Part shown: piece by piece, positions 36,317-52,106 of the stretch | How positions within the stretch are numbered: position 1 is the stretch's first letter | How the letters are laid out: each line of letters begins with the position of its first letter | Assembly (NCBI GenBank): GCA_039201605.1 | Contig: JBCCRO010000004.1 | Location: 53,327-117,326 of the forward strand | Reading direction: 5' to 3' | Source: Actinomycetota bacterium | GTDB taxonomy: Bacteria > Actinomycetota > Acidimicrobiia > Acidimicrobiales > SZUA-35 | Length of the DNA stretch: 64,000 nt | Notes under the pieces: generated by a model | Seen by the model: the letters and a program-made list of their open reading frames with translations, nothing else | Databases searched by the model: none | What the model was told of the DNA's origin: nothing | Made by a program: the position numbers and the translations under genes

Positions 36317-37021
36317 TCACGAACGGCCTCCCGAGCCCGTCGGCGGCCCGGCCTGGGTATGGCGGGTGTCCGGTGGCTCGACGATCCAGTCGCCGCCCCG
36401 GTCCCAGCCGTCGTCGAACACCAGCTCGCTCAGCGGTCGACGGCGGACCGGACCGTGTGAGCCGACCGGGACGCCGAGGGGGATGGTGGCGGCGATGGCG
36501 TACTCGTCGGGGATCGCCAGAAGGGCCTTCAGCTCGTCGGTCACGGGGGCGTGCCACCCGGTGAGAACCCCGCCATAGCCGAGGGCCCGGGCCGCCAGCA
36601 GCAGGTTTTGGCAGGCGGGGTAGATGCTGGCACCGTCGATCAGGGCGTTGTGGCGGACCCGCAGACACGGCAGGACGACCACCGGGGTGGCCTCGAAGTG
36701 GTCGACGAAGTGCTGCATGGCCCGCGCCGTCCGGGCCTTCGGCGAATCGTCGTCGGCCCCGCTGCCCGAGGTGTAGCCGTCGGTGCCGCGCTTGGTCGCC
36801 CACCCGGCCCGGAACGCCTCGCCCAGGAGGGCCTTGGCCTCTCGGGCCCGGGGACCGTCGCGGAGCACGAGGAGACGGAAGTGTTGACGGTTGGAGCCGG
36901 TGGGGGCCCTGGTGGCGGCGAACACGATCGCCGCCAGGTCGTCGTCGGGGATCGGCTCGGGGCGGTAGCGACGGATGGCCCTGGTCGTGGCCAGGCCCTC
37001 CAGGAGATCAACGGTCGACAT
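36317..37021 (-). CDS. Nitroreductase family protein
   Basis: TTRAIRRYRPEPIPDDDLAAIVFAATRAPTGSNRQHFRLLVL...QNLLLAARALGYG. I moved the start to the ATG at 37021. Confidence 0.85.
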   Translation of the reverse strand: MSTVDLLEGLATTRAIRRYRPEPIPDDDLAAIVFAATRAPTGSNRQHFRLLVLRDGPRAREAKALLGEAFRAGWATKRGTDGYTSGSGADDDSPKARTARAMQHFVDHFEATPVVVLPCLRVRHNALIDGASIYPACQNLLLAARALGYGGVLTGWHAPVTDELKALLAIPDEYAIAATIPLGVPVGSHGPVRRRPLSELVFDDGWDRGGDWIVEPPDTRHTQAGPPTGSGGRS

Positions 37022-37075
37022 CGGCCCACCCTGGCACATCGCCGGGGTCGAGGGCCCGGTGGAGCGGGCGGGTCT

Positions 37076-37426
37076 CTAGAGGCTCTGGAGGCCGTCGAGC
37101 ACCTTCTCCAGCATGTCGACGTCGGGCCGGGCGGTGGAGGCGGCGGCGTCGGCGGTCACCTCGAGCATGCCGTCGGCCACCAGGTCGCCGACCAGGACCC
37201 GCACGACGGCGACCGGGAGCGAGAGGCGGGCCGCCATCTCGGTGAGGGCGACGCTGTCGACGGCGATGGCGACGAGCTGCTCGCGCTCGAGTTGGAGCGC
37301 TCCCAGGCTGGTTCGACCGAGCTCGGTGGCGGCCAGGACGGCCTCGAGGCTCAGATCGACCTCGGTCTCGCTCCGACCGCCGGTCAGGACGTAGGGACGG
37401 ACCCGGAGTCGGGTGTGGGCGGTCAA
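37076..37426 (-). CDS. DUF742 protein (conservon CvnC-like)
   Basis: It has the hallmark VRPYVLTGGRSE motif and a C-terminal wHTH-like LTEMAARLSLPVAVVRVLVGDLVADGML. The TTG start forms a TTGA overlap with the kinase stop. Confidence 0.8.
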   Translation of the reverse strand: MTAHTRLRVRPYVLTGGRSETEVDLSLEAVLAATELGRTSLGALQLEREQLVAIAVDSVALTEMAARLSLPVAVVRVLVGDLVADGMLEVTADAAASTARPDVDMLEKVLDGLQSL

Positions 37427-38871
37427 CGTCGCTCCCTTCCAGGGCTGTCGGCGCCGGCGACCTCGGCCTCCAGCCCGTCCCGGTAGCGGGAGATGACGGC
37501 CTGCACCTCGGCCGGGTCGTGGTCGGACGCCTCGAGCCGGGGCGCCAGGTCGAGGGGCCGGGAGGCGGCCGATCGCTGCCGTCGTCGCGGGCCGGTCGCC
37601 ACCGCGACCGGGGCCTCCACCGAGGTGTCGGCGTGGCTCCGGCCTTCGGTCGGCGGCCGGGCGGGCCGGTCCCGGTCGGTCGGGGTCTCGGGGTCGGCGT
37701 CGGCCGTCGCCCCCCGCCTGCGGTCGGCGGTGGCGGCGCCATCGGCGGCTGCGGCGTCGGCCGAGGGAGCCGAGGCCAGGGCGTCGCCCGGCACGGTGAC
37801 CACGGCGGTCACCCCGCCGCCGGGGGTGGCGGTGAGGTCGACGATGGCGTCGAGTCGCCGGGCCAGCCGGGCGATGACGGTGAGGCCGATGGTCGCGCCG
37901 TGCTCGATGCTGAAGCGAGGGGGGTCGGCGAGCAGGACGTTGGCGCTGGTGAGCTCCAGCTCGGCCATCCCCGGGCCGTGATCGACGACCGTGATGCGGT
38001 AGTCGCCGGTGGCGAGCCTCACGGCGAACACCTCCACCTCGGCACCGTCGGCCGTGTGCCCGGTGGCGTTTTCCAGGAGTTCGGCCAGCAGGTGGGCCAG
38101 GTCGAACGACGCCTCGGCCGCCACCCAGGCCGGGTCGATGGCGGCCAGCTTGATGCGGGAGTAGGCGCTCGTCTCACCGATGGCCACCCGCACCACGGTG
38201 TCGATGGGCGACGGTTCGCTCCGGGGTCGATCGGCTGCGGCCTCGGCCAGCACCAGCACCGATTCGGTCGAGCGCCGGGCCCGGTTGGTCAGGTGATCGA
38301 GGCGGTACAGCTGCTGGAGGCGATCGGGCTGCTGCTCGGTGTCCTCCAACCAGTCGATGTAGGCCAGCTGCTCGTTGAGCAGCGACTCGGTTCGCCGGGT
38401 CAGCCTCTCGACGACCCGCCGCAGGTTGCCGTCGATGACGGCCCGGCGGCGATCCAGGAGACCCGAGACCGCCGGGGTGACCCCGGTGATGGCCTCCATG
38501 ACCGCCGTCAGCTCGTCGTCGGGCCACAGCAGCGACGTCGTGCTCCGCTCGGAGGCGGCCGCGTTGACGTCGAGATCGTCGTCCGGCTGGTCCGAGGACC
38601 GGGCGGCCGGGCGCGACGCCTCGTCGAGCAGGGCCGGGAGCTCGCTGTCGGTCAGCCGGCGGGCGCTCTCGGCCACGGTGGCCACCCGCTCGGTCAGTCG
38701 GCGCGACTGGCGGACGGCGACGACGGCGGTGACGACCGCCCCCATCACGCATGCCACGGCGACGGCGACACCCCCCGACAGGGCGCTCCAGAGCGCGACC
38801 AGTCCCAGCACGCCGACGGGGACGGCGGCCGTGGCCAACATGGTGCTCCGAAGGCTCAGATTGTCGAACAT
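37423..38871 (-). CDS. Conservon CvnA-like sensor histidine-kinase-like ATPase
   Basis: There are two N-terminal TM segments. The kinase-like region includes QLYRLDHLTNRARRSTESVLVL, LAELLENATGHT, VVDHGPGM and TIGLTVIARLARR (HATPase_c), followed by a low-complexity tail. The start is the ATG at 38871, preceded by AGGAAGG. Confidence 0.8.
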   Translation of the reverse strand: MFDNLSLRSTMLATAAVPVGVLGLVALWSALSGGVAVAVACVMGAVVTAVVAVRQSRRLTERVATVAESARRLTDSELPALLDEASRPAARSSDQPDDDLDVNAAASERSTTSLLWPDDELTAVMEAITGVTPAVSGLLDRRRAVIDGNLRRVVERLTRRTESLLNEQLAYIDWLEDTEQQPDRLQQLYRLDHLTNRARRSTESVLVLAEAAADRPRSEPSPIDTVVRVAIGETSAYSRIKLAAIDPAWVAAEASFDLAHLLAELLENATGHTADGAEVEVFAVRLATGDYRITVVDHGPGMAELELTSANVLLADPPRFSIEHGATIGLTVIARLARRLDAIVDLTATPGGGVTAVVTVPGDALASAPSADAAAADGAATADRRRGATADADPETPTDRDRPARPPTEGRSHADTSVEAPVAVATGPRRRQRSAASRPLDLAPRLEASDHDPAEVQAVISRYRDGLEAEVAGADSPGRERR

Positions 38872-39019
38872 GGGGCCTTCCTGATCGGATCCTTCTTGGC
38901 CATCGGCGCCGACGGGGCGCGGTTGAGGGTCGTCGCCCAGGTCGGCCCGGGCCCTCATGTGCCGCTGGTCCCGGCCGACGGGACAGGGAACGAAACACCG
39001 GTCAAGAGGTCGCGCCAAC

Positions 39020-39760
39020 GTGGAACTGACAACGGACAACCAAACGGCACCCACGGCCACCGCCACGGCGGTCGCCCATCCGCTCGTCGACACGGTTGCC
39101 ACGCTGGCGGCCCGAGGGGCCGACGGGGTGCTCCGTCTGGGGCCTCGGGGCGCCATCTGGTTCGCCCAGGGCCACATCGTGCTGGCCGAGGGACCGAGCA
39201 GTCCCGACCTGGCCAAGGTTCTCGTCGACGCCGACCTGGGCGAGGAGCAGCAGTTGCGGGCCCTGATCGACGGCCGCCGTCGAGACGACGCCCTCGGTGC
39301 CGGTGAGCCGCTGGAGCAGCTGCTCGATCAGCGGCCCGACGTCCACCATCTCGTCGACCGGCTCCTGCACGAGTACAAGCTGACGGCGCTGTTCGAGATG
39401 CTGGTACCGGGCGACATCCAGGCCGAGTTCGCCGAAGGTGTCGTCCACCCTCTCGGCCCCCGCTTCGGTGAGCACGCCGTCGAGCTGCTCGACAAGGCGA
39501 CGCGTCGGATGGAGTTGTGGCGCCGCATCGCCGCCCGCATCCCCTCCACCACCGCCGTGTTCAGCTGGGCGCCCGATCTCCCCCAGCGGATGGAGTCGCG
39601 CCTGGTGACCAACGACGAGTGGCGCTACCTGGCCCAGCTCAACGGTCGCCAGTCGGTGGCCGAGGTCATCAACGCCACCGGCGACAGTGCCTTCCGGGTG
39701 TGCTCGGCCCTCTACCGGCTGGTGCTGGAAGGGCTGATCGAGGAGTGCTCCACCGACTAG
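39020..39760 (+). CDS. DUF4388 (PATAN-like) domain protein
   Basis: ADGVLRLGPRGAIWFAQGHIVLAEG, ...NDEWRYLAQLNGRQSVAEVINATGDSAFRVCSALYRLVLEGLIE. The start is probably GTG at 39020, after AAGAGG. The gene is divergent from the CvnA-like gene. Confidence 0.65.
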   Translation: MELTTDNQTAPTATATAVAHPLVDTVATLAARGADGVLRLGPRGAIWFAQGHIVLAEGPSSPDLAKVLVDADLGEEQQLRALIDGRRRDDALGAGEPLEQLLDQRPDVHHLVDRLLHEYKLTALFEMLVPGDIQAEFAEGVVHPLGPRFGEHAVELLDKATRRMELWRRIAARIPSTTAVFSWAPDLPQRMESRLVTNDEWRYLAQLNGRQSVAEVINATGDSAFRVCSALYRLVLEGLIEECSTD

Positions 39761-39797
39761 CCCCGGGCGCCGAGTCGTCCGGCCATGGGCCGGAGGC

Positions 39798-41268
39798 TCA
39801 CACCAGCGGCCGGTCGGTGGGACGGACCGGCGACGGCAGCAGGGTGTCGCCCATCAGCTCGGCATCGACGGCGGCGGCGCACGAGCGACCCTCGGCGATG
39901 GCCCACACGATCAGGCTCTGACCACGACCCATGTCGCCACAGGCGTACACGCCCTCGGCCGAGGTGGCCCAGTCGCCGTCGCGGACCACGTTGCCCCGGG
40001 GGTCGGTCTCCAACCCGAGCTGGTCGATGATGGTCCCCGGCTCCGGGCCGAGGAAGCCCATGGCCAGGAAGACCAGATCGGCCTTCATCTCGAAGTCGCT
40101 GCCCTCGACCTTCTCGAACGAGGGACGACCGTCGACGGTCTTCATCTCGACCTCGTGGCCCCGCAGGTGCGTGACCTGGCCGTTCTCGCCGATGAACTCC
40201 TCGGTGTTGACGGAGAACACCTGCTCGACGCCCTCCTCGTGGGCCGACGACGAACGGTACATCAGCGGCCAGGTCGGCCACGGGGTGGCGGGGGCCCGCT
40301 CGGCGGGCGGTCTGGGCATGATCTCGAACTGGTGCACGCTGACCGCACCCTGGCGGTTGGCCGTGCCCAGGCAGTCGGCGCCGGTGTCGCCGCCGCCGAT
40401 GATGATCACGTGCTTGCCCTCGGCGTGGATGGGCGAGTCGGCCATGTCGCCCTCCTGGACCTTGTTGGCCAAGGGCAGGTACTCCATCGCCTGGTGGATG
40501 CCGGCGAGCTCCCGACCCGGGATCGGCAGATCGCGCCAGTTGGTGGCGCCACCGGCGAGGACGACGGCGTCGTAGTCGTCGGTCAGTTCGGCCACCGGCA
40601 CGTGGTCGGGGTGATCGGGGTCCGAGCCGACGTAGGCGTTGGTCCGGAACTCGGTGCCCTCGGCCTCCATCTGGGCCAGCCGGCGATCGAGGACCGACTT
40701 CTCCATCTTGAACTCGGGGATGCCGTAGCGGAGCAGGCCCCCGATGCGGTCGGCCCGCTCGTAGACGACCACATCGTGGCCGGCCCGGGTCAGCTGCTGG
40801 GCGACGGCGAGGCCGGCGGGCCCCGAGCCGACGACGGCGACCCGCTTGCCGGTCTTCTTCGACGCCATGACGGGCTCGACCCAGCCCTCCTCCCAGGCCC
40901 GATCGATGATCGACACCTCGATGTTCTTGATGGTGACCGCCTCGGTGTTGATGCCGGCCACACAGGCCGCCTCGCACGGGGCCGGGCAGAGTCGTCCGGT
41001 GAACTCGGGGAAGTTGTTGGTGGCGTGGAGCCGGTCGATGGCGCTGCGCCAGTCGTCGCGGTAGACGAGGTCGTTCCAGTCGGGGATCAGGTTGCCCAGG
41101 GGGCAGCCGTTGTTGCAGAACGGGATGCCGCAGTCCATGCAGCGGGAGGCCTGGGTGCGGACCTCCTCGTCGTCGAAGTCCTGGTAGACCTCGTTCCAGT
41201 CCTTCAGCCGGACCGGGACCGGGCGCCGCTGGGGCAGCTTGCGGTCGTGCAGCAGGAATCCTCGGGGA

Positions 41269-41276
<8 letters not shown>
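39798..41276 (-). CDS. gltD: Glutamate synthase (NADPH) small subunit
   Basis: [24 protein letters not shown], the Rossmann motif [12 protein letters not shown] and [11 protein letters not shown]. Confidence 0.95.
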
Positions 41277-45807
<4,531 letters not shown>

Positions 45808-46070
45808 AGCGATACTCCAAGGACGTCGTCGCGAACTACTGATCAGCCGGTAGGCGGTCGGCTGGCGGGACGGCTTTGGCCCTCCAGTGGGAGAGGCCAG
45901 TTCCCGTGCCCTGTGGAACTCGAAACCCTCAACTGGTTTGCCCAACGATATCGCAACAACAGGTGGCGTCTGCAAACCAGATCTCTAGGACCGATGGAGC
46001 CCATCGTCGGGCTCGCCGTTGGGCATGGCCGGGGCCGCCATCGGTGGGACCGGGGCCGACTTCCGCGATC

Positions 46071-47414
46071 ATGGAGGCCATGCGCACCTCCGAGGCACCG
46101 ATCCGACCGTCGAGCCCCCTGGCCGCCGCCGTACTCGACGATCTGGCCTCGTCGCCGACGCCCTACCACGCCGTCCAGCGCGCCGCCGACCTGCTCGACG
46201 CGGCCGACTTCACCGAGGTGGCGGCCGACGCCCCCTTCCCCGGCGAACCCGGGCTTCGCTATGTCCGGGTCGGCGGCTCGCTGATCGCCTGGCAGCAGCG
46301 GGACTCGGTGGCCGACGGCATGATCGTCATCGGGGCTCACACCGACTCGCCGAACCTCAGGGTGCGAACCAAGCCCGACGTGACCAGCGGTGGCTTCCGT
46401 CAGATCGGGATGGAGATCTACGGCGGCGTGCTCCTCAACTCGTGGCTCGACCGCGACCTCGGCCTGGCCGGTCGGGTGTCGGTGGCCGACGGCGACGGCG
46501 GCATCGACCACCGGCTCTACCTCGACGACCGCCCCCTGCTCCGCATTCCCCAGCTCGCCATCCACCTCGATCGCGACATCCGCAGCAACGGCCTCAAGCT
46601 CGACCCCCAGCGCCACATGACCCCGCTGTGGTCGCTCGACGGCGACGGCGACGCCGGCGACGACGAATCGCCCGGCGGCCTGCGGGAGCACGTGGCCGCC
46701 GCCCTGGGCGTGGGCACCGACGACATCCTGGCCTGGGACCTGATGGCCTTCGACGTCCAGGCTCCGGCCGTCGTCGGACGCAACGACGACCTGTTCGCCT
46801 CGGCCCGCATCGACAACCTCGTCTCCAGCTTCTGCGCCATCCGGGCCCTGATCGACACCGTCGATCACGAGCGGGCCGACGGTCGTCTGCCGCTCGTCGT
46901 GCTCTACGACCACGAGGAGATCGGCTCCGAGTCGGCCACCGGCGCCGCCGGGGCACTGCTCACCTCGGCCCTGGAGCGGGTGGCGGCGGCGGCCTGCGCC
47001 GACCGGGCCGGCTACCTCGCCTCCCTGGCCCGCTCGTTGGTGATCTCGGCCGATGGGGCCCATGCCACCCATCCCAACTACGTCGACAAGCACGAGCCCT
47101 CCCATCACATCGCCCTCAATGCTGGCGTGGTCATCAAGCGCAACGCCAACCAGCGATACGCCACCGACGCCGTCAGTGAGGCCGAGGTCGTCGCAGCCGC
47201 CGCCGAGGTCAACGCCCCGCTGCAGTACTACATCCACCGCAACGACCTGCCGTGCGGCTCGACGATCGGTCCGATCACGGCCGCCCGCCTCGGTGTGCCC
47301 ACGGTGGACGTGGGCGCCCCGCAGCTGGCCATGCACAGCATTCGGGAGATGGCGGGCCTGGCCGACCTCGATCATCTGCACCGTCTGCTCGGGGCGGTAT
47401 TCGCCCGCCGCTGA
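46071..47414 (+). CDS. M18 family aminopeptidase
   Basis: SPTPYHAV, IGAHTDSPNLRV, YGGVLLNSWLDRDL, DHEEIGS and QLAMHSIRE. I moved the start to the ATG at 46071. Confidence 0.9.
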   Translation: MEAMRTSEAPIRPSSPLAAAVLDDLASSPTPYHAVQRAADLLDAADFTEVAADAPFPGEPGLRYVRVGGSLIAWQQRDSVADGMIVIGAHTDSPNLRVRTKPDVTSGGFRQIGMEIYGGVLLNSWLDRDLGLAGRVSVADGDGGIDHRLYLDDRPLLRIPQLAIHLDRDIRSNGLKLDPQRHMTPLWSLDGDGDAGDDESPGGLREHVAAALGVGTDDILAWDLMAFDVQAPAVVGRNDDLFASARIDNLVSSFCAIRALIDTVDHERADGRLPLVVLYDHEEIGSESATGAAGALLTSALERVAAAACADRAGYLASLARSLVISADGAHATHPNYVDKHEPSHHIALNAGVVIKRNANQRYATDAVSEAEVVAAAAEVNAPLQYYIHRNDLPCGSTIGPITAARLGVPTVDVGAPQLAMHSIREMAGLADLDHLHRLLGAVFARR

Positions 47415-47619
47415 CCGGCCGTCGCCGGTCCCCGATCCCGTTCAGATCCGGGTCATCTGCCTAGCGGCGAGCGGCCGCTGATTGTTGCTGTTGGCCGCGC
47501 CTGCAACTACCGTCGGGCGGTCGCCAGGGCCAACTCGGGCCGCGGCGCCTGCTTTTCCGTGTGCGTTGACCACGCGCGGAGCGCAGACAAACAAGACGTG
47601 TCTCGAAGAGGAGAACATC

Positions 47620-49761
<2,142 letters not shown>

Positions 49762-49819
49762 GCGGGAGCGCCGACCGGCGCCTCCCGTCCGTCAGCCGAC
49801 CGGCAACTAGGATCGCTCC

Positions 49820-50734
49820 GTGGCCCTTCGCAAACTGACCTCCACCAACGCCTTCGTGTTCGTCGATCTCGACGATGCACCGGCGACGGGGGTCGTGCGG
49901 AGGGCCCGGAAGATCCTCCAGGGCGGGGCCAAGGATCTGGCCCGGTCCGCCACCTACACCTTCGGCGCCTTCGGCGTGGAGCGCAGCGGCGCCTCGGCCG
50001 GCATCAACGCCGAGGGTGACGACATCGAGGGCGCCATCGGCGCCTTCGTCGAGGAACTGACCCCCGACGCCGCCGCCGGGTCGCTTGAGATCGTCCCGGC
50101 CAAGGGCGTCTCGGCCGCCCAGCTCGCCCCCCTCCGGGCCGCCTCCCCCGGCGGTCCCCTGGCCGGCTCGGCCGACCTGCTGGCCGCCGGGGTCGTCACC
50201 GCCGCCGCCTGGGCCGTCGGCGGCGACCTGGCCGGGCGTTCGGTCGCCATCGAGGGCGAGGCCCAGCTGCCCGAGGCGGTGCGGACGGCGTTGACCGACG
50301 CCGGCGCCAGCGTGGTGAACGTGTGGGGCGCCGACGAGAAACCCTGGCTGGTGTGGGGCGCCGACGTCGACGTCGTCCTCGCCGGCTCCAAGGCCGGGAT
50401 CCTCAACCACCAGGGCACCCCGGCGATCACGGCCAAGGCCGTCGTGCCGTGGGGCCCCCTCCCGGTCACGACCAAGGCCTTCGCCCAGCTGCACCGGGCC
50501 GGCGAGGTCACCGTCGTCCCGGACTTCCTCAGCACCGCCGGGCCCCTGATGGGCGGCCTGCTCGGCGACGATCTCCAGGCCGCCTCGGCGGCCTTCACCG
50601 AGCGGCTGATCTCCCTGCTCGACGACGCCGCCTCGGACGCCGACGGGCTGCTGCTCGGCGCCTGCTACCGGGCAGAGGCCTTCATCGCCGAATGGAGCGG
50701 GTCCAAGCCCTTCGGCCGACCCCTCGCCGCCTGA
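49820..50734 (+). CDS. Glu/Leu/Phe/Val dehydrogenase-like protein, short, with degenerate catalytic and dinucleotide motifs
   Basis: The 304-aa ORF shows a superfamily-like pattern: ARSATYTFGAFGVERSGASAGI where GGGK(G/A)xI is expected, and VVPDFLSTAGP. Neither the catalytic Lys nor a GxGxxG motif is recognisable. Confidence 0.55.
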   Translation: MALRKLTSTNAFVFVDLDDAPATGVVRRARKILQGGAKDLARSATYTFGAFGVERSGASAGINAEGDDIEGAIGAFVEELTPDAAAGSLEIVPAKGVSAAQLAPLRAASPGGPLAGSADLLAAGVVTAAAWAVGGDLAGRSVAIEGEAQLPEAVRTALTDAGASVVNVWGADEKPWLVWGADVDVVLAGSKAGILNHQGTPAITAKAVVPWGPLPVTTKAFAQLHRAGEVTVVPDFLSTAGPLMGGLLGDDLQAASAAFTERLISLLDDAASDADGLLLGACYRAEAFIAEWSGSKPFGRPLAA

Positions 50735-50805
50735 GCGAACCGCCTGCCGCTCGGCACGGCCTCGCCATCCGCTCCACCCCGCTGGCGACGGTGCCGACGG
50801 CTGCG

Positions 50806-50820
50806 CCTGACCTGGTCAGG
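50806..50820. promoter_or_regulatory. Perfect 15-bp palindrome CCTGACC-T-GGTCAGG upstream of the response-regulator operon
   Basis: Seen directly in the sequence, about 110 nt upstream of the GTG at 50931. It is a candidate dimeric-regulator operator. Confidence 0.3.
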
Positions 50821-50930
50821 CCGCTGGCCCGGGTGGTGTCGACCCGGTTGTTGAATACCCAACGAACCTTGATTCCGAGGCCTTCGGGTCGAAAGGCAGT
50901 GATCCGCCGTTCGTAGAAGGAATCGCCATC

Positions 50931-52106
50931 GTGCTCACGGTCCTCTTTGTCGACGATGACTCAAATGTTCTCCAGGGCACGCGTCGAGCGACGCGGAGCA
51001 TGCGTCAGTTCTGGAATGTTCATTTCGTCGAACACGGCAGCGAAGCGCTCGAGTACATCACCGAGAACCGGGTCGACGTGGTGGTCTCCGACATGCGTAT
51101 GCCCGGTATGGACGGCGCCGAGCTGTTGGCCAAGGTGCGAACGATCAGCCCGTCGACGGTCCGCATCATCCTCTCCGGCTACGCCGAGGAGGAGGCGGTG
51201 CTCCGCTCCACCCGGGTGGCGCACCAGTTCCTGAGCAAGCCCTGCGACCTCGAGGACCTCAAGCGGACCATCGAGGAACTGCGGGCCTACCGCTCCACCA
51301 TCGACCAGGAGCAGATCCGGGAGGTGGTCGGCGGGATGCAGCAGCTGCCGGCCCTCGGCACCGTCCACGCCGACCTCGTCGCCGCCATGAACAGCTCGCA
51401 GTCGAGCAACGACTCCCTGGCCGAGATCGTGTCCCGGGACGTCGCCCTGACCGCCGAGCTGCTGCGGCTCGTCAACTCCGCCTTCTTCGGCCTCAACAGC
51501 AGGGTCGAATCGGTGGCCCAGGCCATCGGCTTCCTCGGCATCGACGTGGTACAGGCCATCGTCGCCGGGCACTCGCTGTTCGACGGTGGCAGCACCGGCG
51601 TGGTCGACGTGGCCGAGGTGGCCCGCCGCAGCCAGCTGGTGTCGGCCCTGGCCCGCCGCTCGACGCGCAACGACGGGGGATCCAACAGCGACGCCGCCAC
51701 CGCCTACCTGGCCGGGATGCTCCACCAGGTCGGCGTCCTCGTCCTCGGCGAGCTCGACTGCCCCGACGGCGACATGAAGGCCATCCTCGCCGGTGAGGAC
51801 ATCACCACCGAGCGGATGGTGTTCGGCGTCGACCGTTACACGGTTGGCGCCTACCTACTCGGCCTGTGGGGCTTCGACAACCGCATCGTGCAGGCGGTCA
51901 ACGGCCTGTCCGATCGCGACGGGCCGGAGCGCGAGAGCGTGGCCCGGGCCCTGTTGATCGCCGAGGAGTCGGTGCGCAGCGGCCGGATACCGGTGAGTAG
52001 CTCACCACCGGGCGAGGAACGGATGGACGAGGTGTTGGCCGAGACCACCGAGGCGCTCAGCGCCGAGGCCCGCAGCCACTCGATGACGGCGGAGGTGGCC
52101 CGATGA
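50931..52106 (+). CDS. Response regulator: receiver (REC) + HDOD domain
   Basis: The REC motifs are LFVDDD, VVVSDMRMPGMDG and FLSKP. The HDOD-like region is LPALGTVHADLVAAM...DVALTAELLRLVNSAFFGL...VAQAIGFLG. Confidence 0.82.
   Translation: MLTVLFVDDDSNVLQGTRRATRSMRQFWNVHFVEHGSEALEYITENRVDVVVSDMRMPGMDGAELLAKVRTISPSTVRIILSGYAEEEAVLRSTRVAHQFLSKPCDLEDLKRTIEELRAYRSTIDQEQIREVVGGMQQLPALGTVHADLVAAMNSSQSSNDSLAEIVSRDVALTAELLRLVNSAFFGLNSRVESVAQAIGFLGIDVVQAIVAGHSLFDGGSTGVVDVAEVARRSQLVSALARRSTRNDGGSNSDAATAYLAGMLHQVGVLVLGELDCPDGDMKAILAGEDITTERMVFGVDRYTVGAYLLGLWGFDNRIVQAVNGLSDRDGPERESVARALLIAEESVRSGRIPVSSSPPGEERMDEVLAETTEALSAEARSHSMTAEVAR

Noticed and set aside
36294-39216. A search for the missing conservon Roadblock/LC7 and GTPase genes in all frames around the CvnA-like and DUF742 genes.
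   Set aside because: No ORF here has a P-loop (GxxxxGK[ST]) or a Roadblock-like ~120-aa profile. The kinase and DUF742 genes overlap by 4 nt, and the gap to the nitroreductase gene is only 54 nt. I concluded that these genes are truly absent from this locus.
45915-45977. A series of NNAAC pentamers (GGAAC, GAAAC, TCAAC, CCAAC, GCAAC, ACAAC, CAAAC) upstream of gltB, tempting as GlnR boxes (gTnAc-n6-GaAAc).
   Set aside because: Only one pair (CCAAC-gatatc-GCAAC) has the 6-nt spacing, and neither half matches the consensus well. The other spacings are 7, 13, 3 and 17 nt. A motif scan and comparative data would be needed to support a regulatory-site call.
47415-47619. The 205-nt leader upstream of hppA, as a possible structured regulatory RNA.
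   Set aside because: I found only short (4-5 bp) stems by eye and no recognisable motif. There is not enough evidence for a call without covariance-model searches.
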